DNA of 64,000 bases from an uncultured Chloroflexia bacterium (GTDB lineage: Bacteria > Chloroflexota > Limnocylindria > Limnocylindrales > CSP1-4). Below the pieces are notes generated by a model. It did no database searches and was not told the origin of the DNA. It saw nothing but the letters and a program-made list of their open reading frames with translations. This document shows, piece by piece, positions 12,242 to 21,356 of the stretch (position 1 is its first letter; each line of letters opens with the position of its first letter). A program made the position numbers and the translations under genes. The stretch covers positions 1,025,092 to 1,089,091 of the forward strand of contig CAVQCV010000005.1 in assembly GCA_963711105.1 (NCBI GenBank), read 5' to 3'.

Positions 12242-13258
12242 ATGAAGATCGGGATCGCCGTCGGCGGCGCCATGCCGGAGGTCGCCGACCTGGCGCGTCG
12301 GGCGGAGGAAGCCGGGCTCGAATCCGTCTGGCTCGCCGAACTCGACCATTCGGCGTTCGTCCAGGCGGCCGCGGCCATTCCGGCAACGCGCGACATCGGC
12401 GTGGGCACGGGCGTGGCGCTGGCCTTCCCCCGTTCGCCGACCATCGCCGCCATGACCGCCTGGGATCTCGACGAGCTGTCCGGAGGCCGGTTCATGCTCG
12501 GCCTCGGACCCCAGGTGAAGCGAGTCCTGGAGGCGCGTTTCTCGGTCCGAGTCGACCGCCCTGCCCCGCAGATGCGCGAGTACGTTCGCGCCGTTCGAAC
12601 GGTCTGGGCGGCCAACCGGGGCGACTCGGTCGTGTATGAAGGCGAGGCCTACACGATTACACAGCCGACCTTCTACGGCCGGCCCCGGCCGGACCGTCGC
12701 GACGTGCCGATACTGCTGGCCGCCGTCGGGCCGGTCATGTCCACCGTCTGCGGCGAGGTCGCCGACGGGCTCATCGGCCATCCCCTGGCATCGCCTCGCT
12801 ACCTGCGGGAGGCGGTGCTGCCGGCTGTCGCCGCGGGCGCCGAGCGTGCGGGCCGGCCCATCGATGTCTGCCCCATCAGCGCCACGCTCATCGTCTCGGT
12901 CGGCGAGGACGAAGACGCGGCCCGTCGTGCCGCCCGGCTCCAGATCGCCTTCTACGCCACTACGCCCTCGTACAAGTCGATCCTGGCGCTCCACGACCGA
13001 GCGGCGCTGCCACGCGATCTGCGCCGGGCCTTCGTCAGCCGCGACCGGGCGCAGATGGCCGAACTGATCGACGACGAGCTGCTCGACGCCATCGCCGTGG
13101 CGGGACGGCCGGACGAGGCCCTCGACCGGCTTCGGGCCTGGGAAAGCATCGCCGACCGGGTTATCCTGGGCGTGCCCTGGTACGGCCCGGGGCCGGAGGA
13201 GCAGCGGGACGCCATCGAAGCCGCTCTCGAGATTGGGGCACGGGCGGCCGGCCGCTGA
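12242..13258 (+). CDS. Luciferase-like monooxygenase (LLM) family oxidoreductase, probably F420-dependent
   Basis: 338 aa from MKIGIAVGG. TIM-barrel LLM pattern. Divergent from ada. F420 dependence is inferred from the family and is not directly visible. Confidence 0.7.
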   Translation: MKIGIAVGGAMPEVADLARRAEEAGLESVWLAELDHSAFVQAAAAIPATRDIGVGTGVALAFPRSPTIAAMTAWDLDELSGGRFMLGLGPQVKRVLEARFSVRVDRPAPQMREYVRAVRTVWAANRGDSVVYEGEAYTITQPTFYGRPRPDRRDVPILLAAVGPVMSTVCGEVADGLIGHPLASPRYLREAVLPAVAAGAERAGRPIDVCPISATLIVSVGEDEDAARRAARLQIAFYATTPSYKSILALHDRAALPRDLRRAFVSRDRAQMAELIDDELLDAIAVAGRPDEALDRLRAWESIADRVILGVPWYGPGPEEQRDAIEAALEIGARAAGR

Positions 13259-13384
13259 TCGGCGGCACCGGCGGCGGCACCGGCGGCGGCTTCGGGTCGG
13301 GCGCCCCCACCACAGCGACAACCGCCGGGGCGTCAACTCGACCGTGAGCGGCATGAAGATGCGCCGCCGAGGAGGGAGCCGAAG

Positions 13385-14932
13385 ATGTACCCGACCGGTT
13401 CGAAGGGGTCGCGACGAAAGGTGATCGCGGGACGCAGTCGGAGGGCGCGAGCGCGAGTCGGATTGGCCGCCACCCTCGCCCTGTCGTTCATCGCGGGGGC
13501 CTGTTCTTCGGGCTCCGGGACGCTCCAGGCGTTCTCTCCGGGCTGGATGGCGCCCACCTCGAGCCCTACATGGACGCCCGCGCCGACCGCCACACCCTGG
13601 CCGACGTTCCAGCCGACGTTCGAACCCATCGAGTGGCCGAGCATCGAGCCGGCGCCGTCGGACACGCCCGAGCCAACGCCCAGGCCGCTGCCCACGTTCA
13701 AGACCAGGTCGGGCAAGCTCGATACCGTCATCGGTACGGCTGCGCCGGCCGCACCGGCCAAAGACGGCGGCAAGAGAGCCGCCCAATCGATCAACGAGTT
13801 CAGCTTCGACATGCTTCGCCGCCTCGACCAGACCGGCAACCTGTGTTTCTCCCCGACAAGCATCGAGGTCGCCCTGGCAATGGCGCGGCCGGGCGCCAGA
13901 GGCCAGACCGCGACCGAGATGGATGCCGTCATGCGGGACTTCGGGGCGGACGACCGGGCGGGCGACATCGTGGCGCTGCTGCGGGCACTGGCGGCCGACA
14001 ACTTCGTCGACGATCTGTGGGATGAAAGCGGGCCCGTCACGACTCAGATTGCCCGGCTCGACATCGCCAACGGCGCGTTCCTGCTTCGGGGCTTGCCCGT
14101 CGAACAGCCGTACCTCGATGCTCTCAGCTCGAGGTTCTCGTCACCCGTCTACCTGCTCGACTACGCCCGCGACCCCGAAGGCTCGCGGGCCGCGATCAAC
14201 AACTGGATCTACGACCACACCCAGGGTCTTATCCCCAGCGCGCTGCAGCCGGGCGACGTCGGTACGGCCGACCTGTTCCACCTTACCAACGCGATGTACC
14301 TCAAGGCCAAGTGGCAGGATGAGTTCTTCGATGGTGCCACTGCCGCCAAGCCCTTCACGCGGCTCAACGGATCGAAGGTCTCGGTTCCTACGATGGAAGG
14401 CGGCGGGACGTGGCTGTACGCGTCCGGGCCGGGCTGGCGGGCCGTCGACGTGCCTTACCTTCACGGGCTCCAGGACGGCATGACCATGACGATCGTGATT
14501 CCGGACGACATGGCCGCCTACACGGCGAACCTGAGCCCGGCGACGATGCCTTCGCAATGGAAGACGTATCACGTTTCCCTCTTCCTGCCCAAGTTCAAAA
14601 CGCGGAGCCATGTCGAGCTGGCCCCGGTCCTGGCAACCATGGGCATGCCGACCGCGTTCGGCCCGGGCGCCGATTTCTCCGGGATCACGCAGGCCGGCCC
14701 GGTGGTCCTCGACAACGTCGTCCACGAGGCGGTCATCGAGGTCGACGAACATGGGACGGTGGCGGCCGCGGTCACGGACATCGGCGGCAAGGGCGGCATC
14801 GGCGACTCGATCCCATCGGTGTCGCTGCACGTGGACAAGCCGTTCCTGTACTTCATCCACGACAACGCCACGGGCGCAATCCTGTTCGCGGGCCGGATCG
14901 TCGATCCGTCCCTCACGGGTTCGGACGACTAG
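13385..14932 (+). CDS. Serpin-family protease inhibitor, predicted lipoprotein
   Basis: GGAGG RBS before ATG. Signal peptide with lipobox (LSFIAGAC). Serpin core and inhibitory hinge/RCL (EVDEHGTVAAAVTDIGG) near the C-terminus, then the C-terminal KPFLYFIHD. Confidence 0.85.
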   Translation: MYPTGSKGSRRKVIAGRSRRARARVGLAATLALSFIAGACSSGSGTLQAFSPGWMAPTSSPTWTPAPTATPWPTFQPTFEPIEWPSIEPAPSDTPEPTPRPLPTFKTRSGKLDTVIGTAAPAAPAKDGGKRAAQSINEFSFDMLRRLDQTGNLCFSPTSIEVALAMARPGARGQTATEMDAVMRDFGADDRAGDIVALLRALAADNFVDDLWDESGPVTTQIARLDIANGAFLLRGLPVEQPYLDALSSRFSSPVYLLDYARDPEGSRAAINNWIYDHTQGLIPSALQPGDVGTADLFHLTNAMYLKAKWQDEFFDGATAAKPFTRLNGSKVSVPTMEGGGTWLYASGPGWRAVDVPYLHGLQDGMTMTIVIPDDMAAYTANLSPATMPSQWKTYHVSLFLPKFKTRSHVELAPVLATMGMPTAFGPGADFSGITQAGPVVLDNVVHEAVIEVDEHGTVAAAVTDIGGKGGIGDSIPSVSLHVDKPFLYFIHDNATGAILFAGRIVDPSLTGSDD

Positions 14933-14972
14933 GGATCCAGGCGCCCCAGGCGACGCCGGACAGGATCGATGG

Positions 14973-15048
14973 TGGCGCCCCCGGGGAGACTCGAACTCCC
15001 GACCTTCCGCTTAGAAGGCGGCCGCTCTATCCACTGAGCTACGGGGAC
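14973..15048 (-). tRNA. tRNA-Arg (anticodon TCT)
   Basis: Hand-folded 76-nt cloverleaf on the minus strand. Acceptor GTCCCCG/CGGGGGC, D-arm GCTC...GAGC, anticodon loop CTTCTAA, T-arm GGGAG-TTCGAGT-CTCCC, encoded CCA. Confidence 0.8.
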
Positions 15049-15308
15049 ACCCGAGACTCGTCCGGTCGTTCTACCAGGCCGGCGAGTCGGCGCCACGCAT
15101 GACGTCCTTGCGTAGGGTACCGTGCCGGCCGTCGCGGAGCCACTCCGGCAGCTCGTCGGCGGGCGGCTGGCGGGCGTTGGGGAAGCGGAAACTGACGACC
15201 GGCCTATGGGCCGCAATGGCGCATTGGTCCCATCGCATCCGGCAGGGCCGGTGCTAGACTCAAAAGTCCCTCACCAAGTACGTCCACGGTGCCCTGGAGG
15301 TCGTATCG

Positions 15309-16805
15309 GTGTCGTCGTTTTCGTTTGGGTCCGAACCGGCGGCCGAGCCGCCGAGTGAGGGCGCGCGATCGAGCCTGCCGCTCGATGCCCGCGCCGCTTC
15401 GACCCACGCGGACGTCGCCGCCGCCACCGATGGACAGCTCGCCCTCCAACTCCCCGCCTCTCTGCCCTATCTGGCAATCGTGCCCGAGTGGAAGGATCAG
15501 CAGCGGCTGTGGGGCCACAGCTTCCACCCTATGTGCTCCTACCTGGCCAGCTTCCCCGCCGGCCTGGCGCACGCTTTCATCGCCCGCTACACGAGGCCGG
15601 GCGACGTCGTACTGGATCCCTTCAGCGGCCGCGGCACAACGGCAACGCAGGCCTGCGCGGAGGGACGCGTCGGCGTAGGTAACGACCTCAACCCCTTTGC
15701 CCACATCCTGACGGCGGCCAAGGTGGACGCCCCAACCCGGGCGGAGGTCAAGACCCGCCTGACGGCGATCCGGATCGCCTGGGCTGCAACCGCGCGGGAA
15801 TGGCATTCGATCGCCGCCGCGGTCTCCGCGGAGCCCGATACGGCCATCACCGTGCCCGGCCCCGGCAGCCGCCCGATCGGCGGAAACCCGAAGGCGCGCC
15901 CGGACGGGCCCGTGCCGGCCGAGGTCGCGATGGCGTTCCATCCGCGGACGCTGGCCCAGGTGCTGTTCCTTCGGGCCGGCCTGGATCCGGACGATCGAAC
16001 CGACCGCTTCATCCTCGCTTCGCTGACCGGCATCCTTCACGGCAAGAGCGGCAGCTACCTCTCGGCCGTGATGCCCAACACGTTCAGCATGGCCCCGCGC
16101 TACGTCCGCGATTTCGTGGCCAGAACGGGCTTCCACTCGCCCGAGCGAGACGCTTTCGCCCTTCTGGACGACAAGATCCGCCGCCTGTACCGCCAGCCCG
16201 TGCCAGCCACTCGTGGAATCGCCCTCCTCGGCGACGCTCGCGACGCGGGCGTAAGAACCCGTGAGGCGCTGAGGGCCCGCGGTCTGCCGGACAAGGCGCG
16301 GCTCGTCGTCACTTCCCCGCCCTACCTGCGCGTGGTCAAGTACGGCTACTACAACTGGCTGCGCCTGTGGCTGCTCGGCTACGACGCCTCCGCCATCGAC
16401 GACCTGCTCGACGATGCCCATCACCGCGACGCCTACCTGGTCTTCATGCGGGAAGTGCTGAGCGGCCTGCGAACGGCCCTGGCTGACGACGCGGTCGTGG
16501 CCCTGGTCATCGGCGACGTCGAGATGGATCGGGGCCGGCCGGCCAACGGCGGGATCGGGCTGGCCGAATTGGTCTGGGAGCTGGCCGCCGCGCCGGAAGG
16601 CTACCGCCTCGCAGGCGTGGCCCTGGACGATGTGGCGGCCGGGCGCAAGATGACCAAGCTCTGGGGCGACGAAGCCGGGCAGGCGACCAAGCTGGAACGG
16701 ATCCTCGTCCTGGCGACGAGCGAAGCCGGCCGCCGGCGAGCGACCTACGGCGCCTCGCTGCCGATCGACTGGACCTGGCCGCCCAGAGCGCCCCGCGCCC
16801 TGTAG
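15309..16805 (+). CDS. DNA methyltransferase (N6-adenine or N4-cytosine, alpha-class order), apparently an orphan
   Basis: GTG start with GGAGG 8 nt upstream. AdoMet motif I (VLDPFSGRGTTA) near residue 100 and catalytic motif IV TSPPY near residue 337, about 230 aa apart. No adjacent restriction endonuclease candidate. Confidence 0.7.
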   Translation: MSSFSFGSEPAAEPPSEGARSSLPLDARAASTHADVAAATDGQLALQLPASLPYLAIVPEWKDQQRLWGHSFHPMCSYLASFPAGLAHAFIARYTRPGDVVLDPFSGRGTTATQACAEGRVGVGNDLNPFAHILTAAKVDAPTRAEVKTRLTAIRIAWAATAREWHSIAAAVSAEPDTAITVPGPGSRPIGGNPKARPDGPVPAEVAMAFHPRTLAQVLFLRAGLDPDDRTDRFILASLTGILHGKSGSYLSAVMPNTFSMAPRYVRDFVARTGFHSPERDAFALLDDKIRRLYRQPVPATRGIALLGDARDAGVRTREALRARGLPDKARLVVTSPPYLRVVKYGYYNWLRLWLLGYDASAIDDLLDDAHHRDAYLVFMREVLSGLRTALADDAVVALVIGDVEMDRGRPANGGIGLAELVWELAAAPEGYRLAGVALDDVAAGRKMTKLWGDEAGQATKLERILVLATSEAGRRRATYGASLPIDWTWPPRAPRAL

Positions 16806-16883
16806 GCGCCTCGCCGGCTCGCGGCCTGCCACGCCCGCCCGTCGCCACCCACGCCGACCCGCGCGCTTATCTACAATCGCGCT

Positions 16884-17111
16884 ATGAAGCAGATGTACTC
16901 GGACAGCGACCTGGCGTCGATGGACCCGCTCGTCCTCATGAAGAACCTGGACCACGTGCGGATGACGAGCCGGCGCCTCAGCTACATCCTGCAGCAGCAG
17001 GTACACCTGTACACGCCTCAGGCCAACGAACTGCGCGAGCGGATCGACAACTACACCGACGCCGAGCGCCAGATCGAGGCCGAGATGGCCCGTCGCCGCC
17101 TGCGCGACTGA
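16884..17111 (+). CDS. Hypothetical small protein (75 aa), possibly leaderless
   Basis: ATG preceded by TACAAT 6 nt upstream (leaderless-type -10). Lower GC than surroundings. Confidence 0.4.
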   Translation: MKQMYSDSDLASMDPLVLMKNLDHVRMTSRRLSYILQQQVHLYTPQANELRERIDNYTDAERQIEAEMARRRLRD

Positions 17112-17130
17112 GCCGCCGCGGCCTTTCGGC

Positions 17131-17550
17131 TCAGCTGGCCATCTGGGCGATCAACCGAACCTGCGCGTCGGCGGACGCCTCCTCCGCCTCGTCCGAAGGG
17201 ATAGCCGCTGGCGCCATTACGGCAACCAGTCGAATCCGGCGTTCCGCCTCTTCACGCGCCACCACCGACACGAGGCCGGCCAGCCGCGGCATATCCGACA
17301 GCCCAAACGTGACACCGTGCTCTGCCAATTCCCCGAACCCCCAGCCGTGGTACAAGCCCCGGCTGGCGACCGCGCACATCTCGTCGTACAACTCGGGCCA
17401 GCCCACCCGCCGGCGGCGATGGCAGAACCTGATGAAGTCGAGGGCAGCATCACTGGTTGGGCGATTTTCCGGGCGCGTCCGCGAATCCATACCCTGCCTC
17501 GTCCTCACTTCAACAACGCCCAAAGCCAGACCCTCCAGACGACCGCGCAC
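17131..17550 (-). CDS. Hypothetical protein
   Basis: 139-aa ORF convergent with the 75-aa ORF. No recognised motifs. AT-richer context. Confidence 0.35.
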   Translation of the reverse strand: MRGRLEGLALGVVEVRTRQGMDSRTRPENRPTSDAALDFIRFCHRRRRVGWPELYDEMCAVASRGLYHGWGFGELAEHGVTFGLSDMPRLAGLVSVVAREEAERRIRLVAVMAPAAIPSDEAEEASADAQVRLIAQMAS

Positions 17551-17730
17551 AGTTCGGTCAGGGCTGGTTCTTCGGTCCCCCGCGTTCTCTCCTCCGCGGT
17601 TGGTCTGGCCATCCTAGGCGCGTGCGGAGTGTCAAAAAAGGGGGTTTCTCCACCAACTAGTCCACCAAGTTTTCCACAGAACGTGTGTTCGAGACAGGGC
17701 GGCTCTGGGACCCTCGAACAGCGAACCGGA

Positions 17731-17766
17731 AAACGAAAAACGCCCCCGGGGCGCGGTCCGGGGGCG
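17731..17766 (-). terminator. Rho-independent terminator of tRNA-Glu
   Basis: Hairpin cgcccccgg-N8-ccgggggcg followed on the minus strand by TTTTTCGTTT, 12 nt downstream of the tRNA 3' end. Confidence 0.65.
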
Positions 17767-17777
17767 TAAGAATGTGC

Positions 17778-17854
<77 letters not shown>

Positions 17855-17971
17855 ATCGTGGCGGACCGCCTCGCGGCGGGCCGGCGGGGATGATAACAGG
17901 CCCAACCGCCCCGTGCCAACGCCACGCAGAACGCCGGTTTGCGTCTGCGCACCGCCAGTCCCGGAACGCGC

Positions 17972-18865
17972 CTATAGACGATGCGCCTCCAGGAACGCCC
18001 GAACGCCCTCGGCGACCTGCTGGAAGCTCTGTTCGCCGATCACCAGCCCATAGTGTGAGTGGGCCCCGTACGGCTCGAAGGTGGCCCCGAGCCAATCTGC
18101 AAGACGGCCGGCGCCCGTGGCGGCGGAGGTGCCGTCCAGACCGGCGCCCACGACGAGGATGGGCAGCCCGGCCAGCCGGGATCGATCGACCGGGATGCCT
18201 TCGAGGATCTCGCGCTTGGCCAGACCCGATTCGTGGGGTTTCTGCCCGAAGAGGTGCTGCAGCCGAATCACGTCGTCGATGGTGAGATCGCGGTTGGCGC
18301 GCACCAGCTTCTCCGGGAGCGTCTCCCAGCCCATGTGATCGCGCCCGTACACGTCCGGCGTGTCGCGCAGTTCGTGCGGCTTGACCGGCGGTCGGAGGTC
18401 GCGCGGCAACTCGCTGTCCAGAAGAACGATGGCTGCCAGAGGGTGGCGTTCGGCCGCCTTGAGGGCCAGCAGGCCACCCATGCCGTGGCCGACGAGAACG
18501 GCGTTCGGGCCCAGCTTGCCCATAACCGCCACCACGTCCTCGACGTAGATCTCGAAATCGGTAGTGGCCACGTCCCCGGTCGCCGACCAGTAGTGGTTGC
18601 GCAGGTTGAGGGCGTGGCCTTCCCAGCCGCGACCGGCAAAGTAGCCCAGGTACCTTTCCCAGAGCCACGAGCCGGTCATCTCGCCGTGGATGAACAGCAG
18701 GGGCCTGCGCCGCGAGCGGCGTTCGGGCATCCACGACTCCACGTACAGGCCGCGCTCCGGGACCTCGATTTCGTCCTTGCGGATCGGGCGGCCGTTGGGG
18801 CCGACCTGGTGGGACCGCGCGACGCGCAGCCCTTCTGGTATCTCGTTCATATGCCTCGTGTCCAT
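17972..18865 (-). CDS. Alpha/beta-hydrolase fold protein
   Basis: Nucleophile elbow GHGMGG, LLFIHGE oxyanion region. Start chosen at an internal Met. Confidence 0.75.
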   Translation of the reverse strand: MDTRHMNEIPEGLRVARSHQVGPNGRPIRKDEIEVPERGLYVESWMPERRSRRRPLLFIHGEMTGSWLWERYLGYFAGRGWEGHALNLRNHYWSATGDVATTDFEIYVEDVVAVMGKLGPNAVLVGHGMGGLLALKAAERHPLAAIVLLDSELPRDLRPPVKPHELRDTPDVYGRDHMGWETLPEKLVRANRDLTIDDVIRLQHLFGQKPHESGLAKREILEGIPVDRSRLAGLPILVVGAGLDGTSAATGAGRLADWLGATFEPYGAHSHYGLVIGEQSFQQVAEGVRAFLEAHRL

Positions 18866-18899
18866 TGAATGCAGCCCGGAGCGGCCACCCGCCTCCGTG

Positions 18900-20222
18900 T
18901 CACCATTCATGCGGGTTGATGATGAGGCCGGTGAGAGCTTTGGGGTAGAAGTAGGTCGACTTCTGGGGCATCACGTCACCGTCCGCCGCTACGGCCGCTA
19001 TCTCGGCGACGGGTGTTGGATCGAGCAGGAACGCCATGTCGGCCGAGTCGTCGTGGAGATCGACGGCGTCGAGGGCCTCCGGCACGGACTTCGTGTAGGC
19101 GAGCCGGCCCGCGGCGATGGCGTCGCGGTCGAGGCCGCATAGCCGGTCCAGGGCCGTCTGCAAGAGCGTGACGTCGAGGCGCCGAATGGCCTCGCCTCCG
19201 GCGGGCAGGAAGCGCGCGAACGCATCGCGTTTTGCGCGCAGCACGGCCCCTCCCTCGCGGGTCCAGAGGCCCAGCCTGCCCTCCCCGCCAGGCGCGCGGT
19301 CCACGTCCTTGAACGCGGCCTCCAGCTCGGAACGGCCCGCGACCGGAGTCACCTCGAATAGCTCGTGGGCGCGCGAGAGAAACGTCGCCACGCCCGGATC
19401 GCCCAGTTCGCGGACCACGCGGTGGGTGGGCAGCACGGTCAGCTTCTGCCGGGTCGTCTCGAGGAACAGCATCAGGACGTAGTCCGAGGCGGGGTTCACC
19501 TCGCCGGTCTTGTTGGCACGTCGCTCGTCGCGGTAGCGGATGGCGGTTTCGTAGCGGTGATGGCCGTCGGCGATGGTCACGGCCTGACGGGCGGCCGCCT
19601 CGATCGCGACCCGGGCCTGCTCCGCCTTCGGCCCGTTCTCCGGTACCGCCCAGACGCGATGCCTCACCCCGTCGTCGTCGGTGACGTCGATGTCGGGGCT
19701 CGTCGCGGCGATGGCCCGCAGGGCCCGGACCGATGCCCCGCGCTTGTCCGCGTACAGACCAACGACCGGGCTGGTGTTGACGCTTGTCGCCTTCATCAGG
19801 CGGTAACGGTCCTCTTTGGGGGCCGAGAGGGTGCGCTCGTGCGGCAGGACGCCCGATCCCGGTCCAAAGGGTTCCAGCAGAAGCCGGCCGAAGAAGCCAA
19901 TCTGAGTCCGGGTGCGCCTCGTGCCCGGCACGCGATAGGTTTGCTCATACACGTAGATGGCCGGGTAGAGGTCCTTGCGCAGAACGCCACTGGTACGCCA
20001 CTCGGTCAGGAGCCGGCCGGCTCGGCGGTAGCGCTCCTCAGGGCCGTCGCCCGGCAGAACCTCGGGCAGATCGATGCGAACCGCGTTCGTCGCGCTGCGC
20101 GCCAGCAGCCTGTTGTGGAGTTCCGGCCCGATGACGTCGTACGGGGGGCAGACGACGTCGTTGAGGTCCCCGACGACACCCGGATCGTAGCGAAGGGCGC
20201 GGAACGTTCGAATCAGCGGCAA
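18900..20222 (-). CDS. DUF1015-like conserved hypothetical protein
   Basis: N-terminus MPLIRTFRALRY is typical of the DUF1015 family. 440 aa. Confidence 0.65.
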   Translation of the reverse strand: MPLIRTFRALRYDPGVVGDLNDVVCPPYDVIGPELHNRLLARSATNAVRIDLPEVLPGDGPEERYRRAGRLLTEWRTSGVLRKDLYPAIYVYEQTYRVPGTRRTRTQIGFFGRLLLEPFGPGSGVLPHERTLSAPKEDRYRLMKATSVNTSPVVGLYADKRGASVRALRAIAATSPDIDVTDDDGVRHRVWAVPENGPKAEQARVAIEAAARQAVTIADGHHRYETAIRYRDERRANKTGEVNPASDYVLMLFLETTRQKLTVLPTHRVVRELGDPGVATFLSRAHELFEVTPVAGRSELEAAFKDVDRAPGGEGRLGLWTREGGAVLRAKRDAFARFLPAGGEAIRRLDVTLLQTALDRLCGLDRDAIAAGRLAYTKSVPEALDAVDLHDDSADMAFLLDPTPVAEIAAVAADGDVMPQKSTYFYPKALTGLIINPHEW

Positions 20223-20416
20223 CCGTTGCTCCTCGAAAAGCCCGATGCGGGACGACCGTGCAGCGGCGCCGACGGGCGGTCACGCCCGCCGTGGTCGGGC
20301 GGAACAGCGGGATCGTACGGTACTGAGCGCCGCGGGTCCAATCTCGGGACGATGGAGGGGGCCGCAGGCCGCGGTCGGGTCGGTGCGCCCCGTGGTCGCT
20401 TCTGCGGAAGTGCCAT

Positions 20417-21337
20417 ATGGGCGATGCGGCGGAGCGCGCCTGCTGCTACTTTTCCGAAATGCGTCAGGACCGGGCCGTCCACGTGGATCGGTCGTTCAAT
20501 CATGCAGCCGCCGAGGGCAGCCGGATCGAGCCGGCCTCTTCGGGCAGCACGCAGCTCCCAGCGGCCGATGCCGTGGCCCAGCTGTACCCGAGCCACCCCT
20601 TCGAACACGGCACGGATCAGGAGTTGATCGATCGTCGCGTCAGAACGGCCAATCCGCTGATCACGCCTTCGCCGGGACCGGGCGCATCCTCCAACCTGCG
20701 GCGCGAAGTCCTGTATGCGCTCCGAACCGGCGGCCCCGCGTCCCCGGACCAGATCGCCGATCGCGTCAACGCCAGCCGGACGGGTGTCCTGCAGCAGATG
20801 CGAACCCTGGAGACGGCCGGCCTGGTCACCCGTTCGCTCAGCCGCCACGGCGTCGGCAGGCCGCGCCACGTCTACGATCTCACTCCCTCTGCCCAGGAGC
20901 TATTCCCGGCCAACTACGGGGCGCTGACCCAGTCCGTGCTATCGGCCATTCACAAGGTTGGCGGCGACGAGCTGATCGACAGGGTTTTCGAGGCCCGCCG
21001 GGAGATGCTGCGGCATCGCATCGAACGCCGCTTCGAGCATCTTCCGCCGAACGCCAGCCTCTGGGACAGGGTCAAGGAAGTCGCGAGCTACCAGGACGAA
21101 ACGGGTTACCTGGGCCGCGCGACCATCGAGGCCGACGGCACGATCCACCTGTCCGAGCACAACTGCGCCATCTACGCGGTTTCCGGCACCTACCAGATCG
21201 CATGCGCGGCGGAACTGGAGCTGATCGCGGAGGTCCTGGGGGCGCGGGTGACGCGGGAGTGCCACATCCTGACGGGTGCCCGCAGCTGCACCTACCGCAT
21301 CGAACCGGCCGACTCGCCTCCAACCACAAGGACCTAG
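20417..21337 (+). CDS. ArsR-type winged-helix transcriptional regulator with Cys-containing C-terminal domain (COG2345/SufR-like)
   Basis: HTH segment (VLYALRTGGPASPDQIADRVNASRTGVLQQMRTLETAGLV...RPRHVYDLT) and C-terminal Cys residues. The first roughly 90 aa are low-complexity, so the true start may be internal. Confidence 0.55.
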   Translation: MGDAAERACCYFSEMRQDRAVHVDRSFNHAAAEGSRIEPASSGSTQLPAADAVAQLYPSHPFEHGTDQELIDRRVRTANPLITPSPGPGASSNLRREVLYALRTGGPASPDQIADRVNASRTGVLQQMRTLETAGLVTRSLSRHGVGRPRHVYDLTPSAQELFPANYGALTQSVLSAIHKVGGDELIDRVFEARREMLRHRIERRFEHLPPNASLWDRVKEVASYQDETGYLGRATIEADGTIHLSEHNCAIYAVSGTYQIACAAELELIAEVLGARVTRECHILTGARSCTYRIEPADSPPTTRT

Positions 21338-21356
21338 CCGCCTTCGAGGTTCGGGC

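Noticed and set aside
12140-13786. 548-aa minus-strand ORF
   Set aside because: Antisense to the LLM oxidoreductase and the serpin start. Arg/Gly-rich junk translation.
15050-15300. Possible att-like repeat of the tRNA-Glu 3' end marking an island boundary
   Set aside because: Only a 7-8-bp match (ggtaccg) was found, which is too short to call. No integrase is present in the islet.
15204-17006. 600-aa minus-strand ORF
   Set aside because: Antisense to the methyltransferase ORF, which has clear motifs I and IV and a GGAGG RBS.
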